From IMG/VR virus record IMGVR_UViG_3300005826_000294, positions 122,330 to 186,329 of that record: a stretch of 64,000 nucleotides of DNA. One strand, 5' to 3'. Source of the stretch: a virus. Positions 40,953 to 49,580 of the stretch are shown one piece after another. Below the pieces are notes generated by a model. It made no database searches. It was not told the DNA's origin and was given only the letters and a program-made list of their open reading frames with translations. Positions within the stretch are counted from its first letter, which is position 1; each line of letters starts with the position of its first letter. The translations under genes and the position numbers were made by a program.

Positions 40953-43115
40953 TTAAGTCATGTCTACAATTTGAACAATTGCGTTCTTTCTTAAGTTTCC
41001 ACTAAATAATAAATTATTTAATGTTCCTGTCTGTCGGGCAACGTCATTTGCTACAGCACCTACAGTAGCTTTTGATGTTGGATCGTTATAGAGAAGTTGT
41101 CCATTTCTATAAATGAAAATATTATCTCTAAACTGGATATCAGTATATGTACTTAAATCTATTGCTGTCCCCTGATCAGCTGTACGAGAACTATCAAGAG
41201 TATCCGCAATAGATTCAGCCAAAGTAACCTCATAAACAGCCCTTTCAGGATTTAGAGTTACTGCACTTAAAGCATCATCAATTCCCTCTAATACACCAAT
41301 AAGACTATTTACATCACCAACTGGAGTAATATTATCAAATATAGGCATTACATAATAAGCATCAATCCATCTATGAGTTGTATCACCCATTTGATAAGAA
41401 TCATCACAACATGGAGTAAGATCACTACAAACTTCTGCTACTGTTAAACAACCAGTGATCTCAAGATTTTCAATTGTAGTGTCAGTGAAAATCAAATTAT
41501 CAGCAGTTAAATTAACAAAATAACCATCATTAAATCTATGAGTTGAGTCTCCAATATCATAAGCATCATCGCAACAAGGAATGATATCGCTACAAATTCC
41601 ACCATTGAAAACAACACATCCATCAAAAGTTGTAAGTCCTGTAACGTTAAGGTCATCTCCAATACTTACATCTCCTGTGGTTGTAACATTGGTTGTGTTA
41701 ACGTCAGTTGCATTAACGGTTGTAGCATTAACAGTTGTTACATCTATTGTTACAGCATCTAAGTTTGTAAAATAACCATCATTAAATCTATGAGTTGAAT
41801 CTCCAATATCATAAGCATCATCGCAACAAGGAATGATATCGCTACAAATTCCACCATTGAAAACAACACATCCATCAAAAGTTGTTGTTCCATTTATATC
41901 TATATCATTAGTAACATTAAGATCAGTTGTATTTATAATTGTTGTGTTGATTGTAGTTGTATTAACTGTAGTAGAATCAAGATTTACAAAATATCCATCC
42001 TGCCATCTTTGAGTTTCACTACCAATATCATAAGCATCATCACAACAAGGTAAAATATCACTACAAACCACACCATCAAAATTAATACAATCTTCACTTC
42101 CAGTGCCTAAGAAAATATCGCCATCAAGTAAAATGTCTTCACTGGATAATGTAAGTTTTCCATCTCCATCTAAACATAATGATGCTTGATAGGCGTTTGA
42201 TCCATCACCAGAATTAAGAACTACACAGGCATCTAGATCATCTGTATTTCCTTCATCACCAACATGAACAACCGGATTTTGTTTTACACCATCTTCATAA
42301 ATAACAAATTGAAATCTATCTCCATTAACACTATCTGTAATCATACATAGATAGCCATCAATTAGAGCTGTTCCATCGCCACCAGATAGAACTAAACAAG
42401 CATCTTCATCAGTTGCGGCATCAGCATCATTATTAACCTGCCAAGAATCACTTGGTGTCCCTGTTAGATTAGTAGTGCTATTAAATATATTTTCTAATGC
42501 TTCTTGAACATCATCACCAACTACAACACCACTATCATCTACACCAATCTTGCTAGCACCAGAATCTCCAATTTCTGTTGAAGAAAGATCACCATAAGCG
42601 TCACCCGCACCGATATAAGCAATTGCTCTATCTGGTACAACATCTGATCCAGCAGTAAAAGATGAAGATAATCCCCAATATCCATCAAAAACCCAACCAG
42701 TACGATTATATCCATCAGTATCTCGCTCTGAAAGACCTGTCCATGAACTTAATGATTCTGTACCACTAACATTAAGTGTAGTAATTGGATCAGTTACTAA
42801 CATTTGTTCTGTATTTATATATGTGGTTGTTCCATTAACAGTGAAATCACCCTGGACAATCGCATTTGCTTTCATTTCTACATTACCAGTAAAAGTAACC
42901 TGACCATCACCTGTCTGATTAATTTCACCATCATCTGCATGAATCTCTAATCTGGTAGCACCCCCGTTGGCGCGATCTTGAAAAATTAACCCTGTTAAAT
43001 ATCCATCTTCTAAGTCGCCACCCGAATATCCGTCAATCGTTAATTGCGCAAATTCATAACTACCATTAGAATCTAATTGATCTGGACGGAGAACTGAACG
43101 TTGTGCCATCATCAT
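40953..43115 (-). CDS. Acidic, Asp/Thr/Cys-rich fibre or decoration protein with PCCDDAY repeats
   Basis: GDFTVNGTTTYINT...VTDPITTLN fibre motif; four C-SD-x-x-PCCDDxY-x-x-G units; 8 DGY and 5 DAY. Confidence 0.6.
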   Translation of the reverse strand: MMMAQRSVLRPDQLDSNGSYEFAQLTIDGYSGGDLEDGYLTGLIFQDRANGGATRLEIHADDGEINQTGDGQVTFTGNVEMKANAIVQGDFTVNGTTTYINTEQMLVTDPITTLNVSGTESLSSWTGLSERDTDGYNRTGWVFDGYWGLSSSFTAGSDVVPDRAIAYIGAGDAYGDLSSTEIGDSGASKIGVDDSGVVVGDDVQEALENIFNSTTNLTGTPSDSWQVNNDADAATDEDACLVLSGGDGTALIDGYLCMITDSVNGDRFQFVIYEDGVKQNPVVHVGDEGNTDDLDACVVLNSGDGSNAYQASLCLDGDGKLTLSSEDILLDGDIFLGTGSEDCINFDGVVCSDILPCCDDAYDIGSETQRWQDGYFVNLDSTTVNTTTINTTIINTTDLNVTNDIDINGTTTFDGCVVFNGGICSDIIPCCDDAYDIGDSTHRFNDGYFTNLDAVTIDVTTVNATTVNATDVNTTNVTTTGDVSIGDDLNVTGLTTFDGCVVFNGGICSDIIPCCDDAYDIGDSTHRFNDGYFVNLTADNLIFTDTTIENLEITGCLTVAEVCSDLTPCCDDSYQMGDTTHRWIDAYYVMPIFDNITPVGDVNSLIGVLEGIDDALSAVTLNPERAVYEVTLAESIADTLDSSRTADQGTAIDLSTYTDIQFRDNIFIYRNGQLLYNDPTSKATVGAVANDVARQTGTLNNLLFSGNLRKNAIVQIVDMT
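41517..41885. repeat. 117-bp direct repeat (41517..41633 and 41769..41885), one mismatch, 252 bp period
   Basis: Direct comparison; encodes TTFDGCVVFNGGICSDIIPCCDDAYDIGDSTHRFNDGYF twice. Confidence 0.9.
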
Positions 43116-43138
43116 TGTACATATGCCTCCAAAATTAA

Positions 43139-43753
43139 CTATTTTTTATCTTTCATATATAACATAAACTTATCAAACTCTTGTTTATTATACTTCCCGC
43201 CTTTTCTACAATTCTCATTTTTCTTCAACCATCTATGATTTTCTGGAGAAAAAGCAATTTTTATATGAGATAAATTATTAAAATTAAAAGCAACCAAAGG
43301 AAATATATGATCAATATGATATTCTTTACGATCTCCTGGACAATTCCCTAAATGCTCAAAAATTTGTTGATAATTAATTCCATATTCTCTTGATGTCTTC
43401 ACCTTTCCTTTTTTGCTATATCTTTTAAACGCATTACATAATCTTTTTCTTAGAGTATCAATTACAGAATATCTTTCTTTTTTTCTACATGAACTACAAA
43501 TTGGATTACCATTATTCCTAACAAATACAAATCTTAAATTATTACATATAGAACATATTTCTTCATTTTTATATTGTTTGTTATAACACTTTTGGCACAT
43601 CACTCCATTTTTTATTGAATGAGTTTCTTTTATTTTACCACAAGTTTCACATTTTCTATTTTTTGGAGGATGTTGTTTATTATAACAAGCTTTACATAAA
43701 ATATTCTTTTTATTATATATTGTTTTTATTTTAAAGCACAAAGAACATTTCAT
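43139..43753 (-). CDS. HNH endonuclease with CxxC repeats
   Basis: HIDHIFPLVAF...ENHRWL...ENCRK; paralog of 39059 and 63566. Confidence 0.75.
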   Translation of the reverse strand: MKCSLCFKIKTIYNKKNILCKACYNKQHPPKNRKCETCGKIKETHSIKNGVMCQKCYNKQYKNEEICSICNNLRFVFVRNNGNPICSSCRKKERYSVIDTLRKRLCNAFKRYSKKGKVKTSREYGINYQQIFEHLGNCPGDRKEYHIDHIFPLVAFNFNNLSHIKIAFSPENHRWLKKNENCRKGGKYNKQEFDKFMLYMKDKK

Positions 43754-43980
43754 GAATTTTTGCTATAAATTATCTTTTTTAACGAACGCATTTCATCATC
43801 ATATTTACGCATATCGCTATTTATAAACTCTATTGCCAACATTTCAGCTTTATTTCCAGGATCTTCAAACACAAAGTTAAATTTATCCCCACGGCCACAC
43901 TCAATTAGACGAAGTCCCTGTAATTTGAGATATGCTGCTAACGCAATATCGCTAGTTGTATATGTCTCATTTTTAGTCAT
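43750..43980 (-). CDS. DUF5659-like small phage protein
   Basis: YTTSDIALAAYLKLQG..L......FxFVFED; start moved to ATG 43980 (ATGA overlap with the upstream stop). Confidence 0.6.
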   Translation of the reverse strand: MTKNETYTTSDIALAAYLKLQGLRLIECGRGDKFNFVFEDPGNKAEMLAIEFINSDMRKYDDEMRSLKKIIYSKNS

Positions 43981-44396
43981 AGTGTAATCACCTGTATAGT
44001 ATCGCCCTTTAAAAGTTGCATACAAAACCGAATGTGACCGGTTGTACTTCCCGGATATACATCTGCCGGGTCATCTGGGTCTACAGGGAGTTGGTTTCCA
44101 TTAAACAATAATTGTCCGTTTCTATAAATAGCTACGCGTTCTACAAATAATGCCGTATCATAAGTCAATCCACCAGGAATAGCGAAATCTTGATAGGCTG
44201 GAAATTTACTCGTAAGTCTTATCCTCCCTATAGGAGCGTCATTGCTCAAGAGACGATCACATAATCCTACTGCGAGCTTTTCGCAGGTCACATTGTGATC
44301 TTTTATTTTCTCTGTAATTACAGAGTCCGTAGCTAGATCTACGCTTTCTATAGATCGATCTAGTACCTGGGACCCTCTTACGAGAGATCTTGGCAT
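43977..44396 (-). CDS. Putative virion protein sharing a C-terminal domain with the 720-aa protein
   Basis: IYRNGQLL...LxKxxxxQ shared; N-terminal fibre-type repeats (SIESVDLATDSVITEKIKDHNVTCEKLA). Confidence 0.55.
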   Translation of the reverse strand: MPRSLVRGSQVLDRSIESVDLATDSVITEKIKDHNVTCEKLAVGLCDRLLSNDAPIGRIRLTSKFPAYQDFAIPGGLTYDTALFVERVAIYRNGQLLFNGNQLPVDPDDPADVYPGSTTGHIRFCMQLLKGDTIQVITL

Positions 44397-44476
44397 TAAC
44401 TTAACTCCTCTTTAACAAAAACTAATTAACATAACTGCCCTAAGGCACGACTTTATAATCTACATACATATGAGAT

Positions 44477-44493
44477 TATTGATAGTTTTTTTA
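44477..44493 (-). promoter_or_regulatory. Candidate phage late promoter motif (TAAAAAAACTATCAATA)
   Basis: Identical to 17355..17371; intergenic, about 81 nt upstream of ATG 44396. Confidence 0.55.
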
Positions 44494-44496
44494 TAA

Positions 44497-46086
44497 TTAT
44501 GAACTAAGAGATACATCAAGTACGTAATCTTCAGTATTAAAAGTAAATCCACTCTTCACTCCAGCATCCAAAACACCAATTTGACTTAACATAATATTTT
44601 CTACTATATCAATTACTTGCTCAATAGTAATTGATCCGGTTCCTTGGATCTCTGATATACATGTATTTCTTACAATTTCTTCACCAATTTGAGTAAATAA
44701 TGCTCCACTCACTTGTTCTTGTCTCATTAAAGGCATCTTTTTTCCGCTCTTTAAAGTTGCTATAGCAAGGGGTTTTTCATTATCATAAATATGAGAAATT
44801 ATTTTTTCAGTTATTTTTTCTTCTATAAGTTTATTTAATAATGGTGGTATTTCTCCACGAACAAATTCTACATTTAATATTTCTAAAGCAGCCTCTCTTG
44901 AAGGTCTTGAAATCTCTAAAATAGCATCTCCTAATCTTCCAGGTCTCATTAATGCTGGGTCAATTAATTCTGGCCTATTTGTTGCTCCAATAAAAATAAC
45001 ATCTTGATTAGTATCAACTCCTTGAAGTTCTGTAAGAAGTGTTGGAACAATAGTTTTTTCTGGAGAATATGTAGCAGTATCTTTTCTTTTTCCTGCAATA
45101 CTTTCAATTTCATCCCAAAAAATAATAGATGTAAATCCAGTAGTTTCTGCCATTTTTCTTGCTTCATCAAAAAGTTTTCTTATAGAGGCTTCTGTATTTC
45201 CTGCCCATTTTGATAATAACTCCGGACCATTAATAAGAAAAAACCCTCTTTCATCGCTGGATCCTTTTATCTCAGCATTCTTTTCTCTTAATTTTAACAT
45301 CTCATTAAATATTGCTTTAGCAATCATGGTTTTTCCACATCCTGGAGAACCATGAAGCAAGGCCGCTCTTAAAGGTTTTAATCCATATTTTTTAAACTTA
45401 TCTTTATAAACAGTTGGGAATATTAATCTTTCTTGTAAATATTTCTTTTCTTCTTCTAAACCTTTTACATCTTCAAATGTTATGTTAGGAACCTCTGATA
45501 AAGAAAACATACTTTTTTCTCTTGTTCCAAGAACTTCAAGAACTATTTGAGATTCTAAATCATAACGGATTTCATCACCTTCTTTACAGAAAACCCAATC
45601 TGCTACTTTTAGAATTAGTTCATGTCCGCCATCATCTATAACTATTCTACTATCATCTAATACTCTTTGAACTCTTGATAAACGACCATCATATATCTCA
45701 TGATCCCGAATTCCAGCAAGCACGCGATCTGGTCCATGACCCATTACAAAAACTTCTGTTCCTGTTTTTAATTTATTTACATCTACATCTGGAGAAATAA
45801 TAATTTCTTCTTTTATTGGTCCCAATTGAACCAAAGCCCTTCTATTAGGAAGGGCTTTTACACATCTAACTCGTTGTCCAGACTTATCTTGTAAAACCTT
45901 AATTCTTTCACGAAGACTTTCTAATTCTCTTTTATATACATTAGCATTTTCAGCCTCTTCCATATAATACCATAATACATCAATAAGATGAGACATTTCA
46001 TTAGGAGTTAAGGCTTTTGATAATTCGTATTTTCCACCTCGTATGAAACATTCTCCAACTAATTTTTTTACTTCAAATCTATCCAT
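44497..46086 (-). CDS. AAA+ ATPase of the proteasome-activating ARC/Mpa/PAN type
   Basis: N-terminal coiled coil, two OB-like segments, EVPNITFEDVKGL, Walker A GSPGCGKT, INGPELLSKWAG, Walker B IIFWDE, IGATNRPELIDPALMRPGRL. Confidence 0.82.
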   Translation of the reverse strand: MDRFEVKKLVGECFIRGGKYELSKALTPNEMSHLIDVLWYYMEEAENANVYKRELESLRERIKVLQDKSGQRVRCVKALPNRRALVQLGPIKEEIIISPDVDVNKLKTGTEVFVMGHGPDRVLAGIRDHEIYDGRLSRVQRVLDDSRIVIDDGGHELILKVADWVFCKEGDEIRYDLESQIVLEVLGTREKSMFSLSEVPNITFEDVKGLEEEKKYLQERLIFPTVYKDKFKKYGLKPLRAALLHGSPGCGKTMIAKAIFNEMLKLREKNAEIKGSSDERGFFLINGPELLSKWAGNTEASIRKLFDEARKMAETTGFTSIIFWDEIESIAGKRKDTATYSPEKTIVPTLLTELQGVDTNQDVIFIGATNRPELIDPALMRPGRLGDAILEISRPSREAALEILNVEFVRGEIPPLLNKLIEEKITEKIISHIYDNEKPLAIATLKSGKKMPLMRQEQVSGALFTQIGEEIVRNTCISEIQGTGSITIEQVIDIVENIMLSQIGVLDAGVKSGFTFNTEDYVLDVSLSS

Positions 46087-46096
46087 TTACTTTCCC

Positions 46097-46765
46097 TTAT
46101 AATTCTATTAATTCTATATTCCCATCATCACCAATAATAACATAAGCTCTATGATGAGAATCAACCCAATCTCCTGTGTTATAATACATTGTATCATATA
46201 TTTTTCTACAACAAGGCCTATGGGTATGTCCAGCTATAATAATATTTGCCTGACTTTCAAGTCTTACTAATTTATTTTCTTGTTTTTGTAATAAAAATTT
46301 TTGTACTATCCATGTTTTATGTAAAGCATGTTGTAGATCTATGCCTGTTAATTCATAGATCAATCGATTAAATCTAATAATAAAACGACTAAATTTAGGA
46401 TATTTCATTACTGTTGAGTCTGTTTGATGTCCGTGATAAATCCTTATTATTTTATTATCAATTCTTAATAAAATATCTTTTTTAAATGAGATCTTTGGTA
46501 ATATATCTTGTAATCCATAAACAAACCAGTCATGATTTCCATTTATATATATTATGTTTTTAAATTTCTGTATTACTGATAAAAATGATCTATGTCTTTC
46601 ATCAAAATTTAGATTTTTAGCAAAATCAAATATATCTCCATTTAATACTAAAGTACAATCTTTATTCGAGAAATTTTCCAATAAAGATAATAAACTCGGC
46701 AAATTTCTATTTGCTTGACGATCTCCTATATGAGTATCACTAAGGACCAACCACAATTTTTTCAA
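46097..46765 (-). CDS. Calcineurin-like metallophosphoesterase, LpxH-like
   Basis: SDTH, NGDIFD, GNHD, HGH, GHTH, NTGDW motifs. Confidence 0.8.
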   Translation of the reverse strand: MKKLWLVLSDTHIGDRQANRNLPSLLSLLENFSNKDCTLVLNGDIFDFAKNLNFDERHRSFLSVIQKFKNIIYINGNHDWFVYGLQDILPKISFKKDILLRIDNKIIRIYHGHQTDSTVMKYPKFSRFIIRFNRLIYELTGIDLQHALHKTWIVQKFLLQKQENKLVRLESQANIIIAGHTHRPCCRKIYDTMYYNTGDWVDSHHRAYVIIGDDGNIELIEL

Positions 46766-47231
46766 ACTCCTTATTATTTAAACAATAATCATACAAATCT
46801 TCTGGAGTTGTAGATTCAGGTTCCATATTTGTTTTCAAACCTGATTTATTTAATAATATTGTAACTGCTTCCGAACAATGTAATTTTTTTGAATCTCTAA
46901 AAGGATTTCTATACCATTTCCCAAACCATCTTCTAGCACCTAATCCAAAAGCAGACCAAAAATCATATGTTCCTCCTAACCATTTTGCTATATATTTTAG
47001 ACCCTCAGATAAGTCTTTATTACATTTAAATTCATCTACCAATTTATTCTTTTTAATCCATTTAGATTTTGGTGTTAATTTATATCCCCAAAAAGTTGCT
47101 TCAATTACAAATATGTCTTGTAAAACCTCTGAATAATATGTAGCAAAAGCATGACTAACTCTTCCTTTTGTAAACCATCTTATCAACTTTCCCATTATCC
47201 CCGAGCTTGAAGAAAATCCTATAGTAATCAT
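46740..47231 (-). CDS. Permuted papain-like NlpC/P60 (YaeF/YiiX-like) amidase
   Basis: His before Cys order: SHA...IEA...YD...HCSEAV...TPEDL; ATG 47231 after AGGAGG. Confidence 0.7.
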   Translation of the reverse strand: MITIGFSSSSGIMGKLIRWFTKGRVSHAFATYYSEVLQDIFVIEATFWGYKLTPKSKWIKKNKLVDEFKCNKDLSEGLKYIAKWLGGTYDFWSAFGLGARRWFGKWYRNPFRDSKKLHCSEAVTILLNKSGLKTNMEPESTTPEDLYDYCLNNKEFEKIVVGP

Positions 47232-47254
47232 AAGCACCTCCTATTGACGGCACT

Positions 47255-48355
47255 TTAACTATCATCATAACTCAAACAATAAAAAGTTGCTGTTGCTAAC
47301 GAACCTCCTAACTCAACATCATGTTGTAATTTAACTAAAATTTCCATACCATAATTTCCAAATATCTCTGTAACTGCTTGATAGTTCCAAGGATATGTGA
47401 TTACATCAACATCAAGATCTCTCCAAGTTGGAGTTTGACATGTTGTAGCAGGAATTGGGGGTTTAGAACCATTAGCCTCATTAATATAATCTATTTGTGA
47501 TTTATAAATAGTTGGATTCCCAAGAGGAATTTTTGTACCACTTGGATATGGAGTTGGTGTGTATTGTGGAGCAAAAACATCAACTAATCCATATGGTTGA
47601 AATGTAACAGAATCTTTAATTGAAATATTGCTACTAAATTGAACCTCAGTAGATACAATTTTTAACTTTTTTCCACTTTGTGGTCTTAAAATCCAATCAG
47701 ATCCATTTACTTCATATGTATCTACAGTGATAGTCTCAGATTCAGATAATGGAGTTAAAAATGTAACTCTAGAATTACGATAATCTACTATAAAATCCCC
47801 TCCATATCCATCATGAGGGTCTTGTTCTGTTTTCTCTACATCATCAACATAAACTTTTAATCTAGGGACATAACCTTCTTCTGTTGTAATAAAATCTTCA
47901 TCACTATATTTTCCATGATAATTATCAATCCAACATTTTCCAGTTGGACTATCATAATTGGTGTGATCACCAGAATCAACTAAAGTCTGTCCAGATACTT
48001 TTATAGATTTAAAATACCAAGTAGTTTTATCAGTCCAATTTGGTGTAATCGCTGTATATCTCGATCCTTCAGTGCTTTCAACAGATACACGAAGAACATT
48101 ATCTTTTGTTACTTTTTCTAATGAATTTACTTCTTCTATAGGAACTCCATCATGTCCATTAAGTGTAAATCCAAGAAGAGATTCATCTCCAACATCTAAT
48201 TCATCTTTCATAAAAACACTAATAGTATCTCCAATAACATTTATATGACTTAATGCTATTTTTATTTCACTATCGCGAATCTCTTCAGTCAATTTTTCAA
48301 TATCTACAGCTTCATTTAAAGTATCTGATGCTACAGAGTATGTATATTCTGCCAT
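47255..48355 (-). CDS. Putative virion structural protein
   Basis: Acidic, beta-rich ORF in the fibre block; DFIVDYRNSRVTF motif. Confidence 0.5.
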   Translation of the reverse strand: MAEYTYSVASDTLNEAVDIEKLTEEIRDSEIKIALSHINVIGDTISVFMKDELDVGDESLLGFTLNGHDGVPIEEVNSLEKVTKDNVLRVSVESTEGSRYTAITPNWTDKTTWYFKSIKVSGQTLVDSGDHTNYDSPTGKCWIDNYHGKYSDEDFITTEEGYVPRLKVYVDDVEKTEQDPHDGYGGDFIVDYRNSRVTFLTPLSESETITVDTYEVNGSDWILRPQSGKKLKIVSTEVQFSSNISIKDSVTFQPYGLVDVFAPQYTPTPYPSGTKIPLGNPTIYKSQIDYINEANGSKPPIPATTCQTPTWRDLDVDVITYPWNYQAVTEIFGNYGMEILVKLQHDVELGGSLATATFYCLSYDDS

Positions 48356-48939
48356 TATATTCTCCTTACAGAAACTTTACTATCTTTAATTGATATTTCT
48401 TTACCATTTTTTGTTGTTGATGCTTGAAATTTTATACAATGATAACCAGATTCCCATTCTATATTTAAAAAACTACACTGGGTAATCCAACTCTCACTGT
48501 CTAATGATTCAAGAACATATAAGTCTTCATTATCTATATTAACTCTTAAAGAAATTAATCCTTTTTTATTTTTTCTTTTAACATTTGTGGTCCAATCTAT
48601 ACGATAATTACCAGAACAAAAAGGACTATTTGGGTTTATAGATATAATTGTCATTGGCTCTGTAGAAGATGTATTTATCTCTTGTTCTTGTGTTCCTTCT
48701 AATTCATTTATTAAAGTATTATTTTCTATTCCAAAATCTACAATATCTTTTTCTTCCTGATTCATTTCAATTATATTATATCCATCATATCCATCATACC
48801 CATCAATTTTCCAATATTTTGAAGGAATGTCTTCTACATTAGATAAATCAGGATTAATTATCCAATCTTCTGTTGAATAGTCAGGAGTATTAACTGATAA
48901 TAAGTATTCTTTTGTAGTCTTATTTAAAACATTCGCCAT
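48355..48939 (-). CDS. Putative virion/fibre-associated protein with a DGYDGYDGY run
   Basis: SVNTPDY...WIINPDLS...KYWK N-terminus; C-terminal beta sandwich. Confidence 0.5.
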   Translation of the reverse strand: MANVLNKTTKEYLLSVNTPDYSTEDWIINPDLSNVEDIPSKYWKIDGYDGYDGYNIIEMNQEEKDIVDFGIENNTLINELEGTQEQEINTSSTEPMTIISINPNSPFCSGNYRIDWTTNVKRKNKKGLISLRVNIDNEDLYVLESLDSESWITQCSFLNIEWESGYHCIKFQASTTKNGKEISIKDSKVSVRRI

Positions 48940-48941
48940 AA

Positions 48942-49580
48942 CTATCTCCTACGAGGTCTTAAAGCCGCATCATATACATAACTAGGAGCACCAGATGCTG
49001 AAGAAAAATTAATCTGACTTTGTCCCATATTTTTTACCACCCCTGTTCCAGAAATTGTAGAACCATTTGCTCCACCAAAAAGAGTCAAACGAGTAGTCAT
49101 TCCATATACAATTGAATCACTTCCACGAGAATTATAAATTGTTAATGCTTCGGACGCATTTAATTTTCTTGTATATAATCTAATATCATATAAACTTCCA
49201 TTAAAATAATTAGTTGTTCCATATCTACTAAATAAAGCCGCAAGACCACTTTGAGGAGTATTAACAGATGTATTTGTATTTATTAATGCTCCATTAACAT
49301 ACATCTCTGCCGTATTATTAAAATCATTCCATGTACATACAAAATGATATAATACTCCAATTGAAAGAGTATAATTTAACCCACTGCCTTCATTACCAAA
49401 ATCATTATAAAACGTTGTTCCATCTATTCTGCCTTCAAAATCGTTTCCAGTTCCAAAAAAACGCTGAACACCAGTTAAAGAATTAGCACGAATCCAAAAA
49501 CTAATAGATCCTATTATACCAGGAGAAAATGATGATACACTTTGTGCTCCATAGCCAGTTCCAGGTGCTGAAAGTCCCAT
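48942..49580 (-). CDS. LamG/concanavalin A-like lectin domain protein
   Basis: SISFWI...YHFVCTW...MYVNG...YFNGSLYDIRLYTRKL; start moved to ATG 49580 (TAATG overlap). Confidence 0.75.
   Translation of the reverse strand: MGLSAPGTGYGAQSVSSFSPGIIGSISFWIRANSLTGVQRFFGTGNDFEGRIDGTTFYNDFGNEGSGLNYTLSIGVLYHFVCTWNDFNNTAEMYVNGALINTNTSVNTPQSGLAALFSRYGTTNYFNGSLYDIRLYTRKLNASEALTIYNSRGSDSIVYGMTTRLTLFGGANGSTISGTGVVKNMGQSQINFSSASGAPSYVYDAALRPRRR

Noticed and set aside
41517..41885. Diversity-generating retroelement TR/VR pair
   Set aside because: Both copies are in frame in one gene, differ at one synonymous site, and no reverse transcriptase is present in the window.
44436..44447. Small hairpin TGCC-CTAA-GGCA in the leader of the 139-aa gene
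   Set aside because: Only a 4-bp stem with no U-tract; too weak to call.
291..46086. Extracellular contractile injection system (two tubes, sheath, AAA+ ATPase, HExxH protein, no capsid in view)
   Set aside because: Head-tail adaptor/closure-like genes, a G/GT frameshift, many homing endonucleases, a methyltransferase, a thermonuclease and small hypothetical ORFs fit a phage better; capsid genes may lie outside the window. Not formally excluded.
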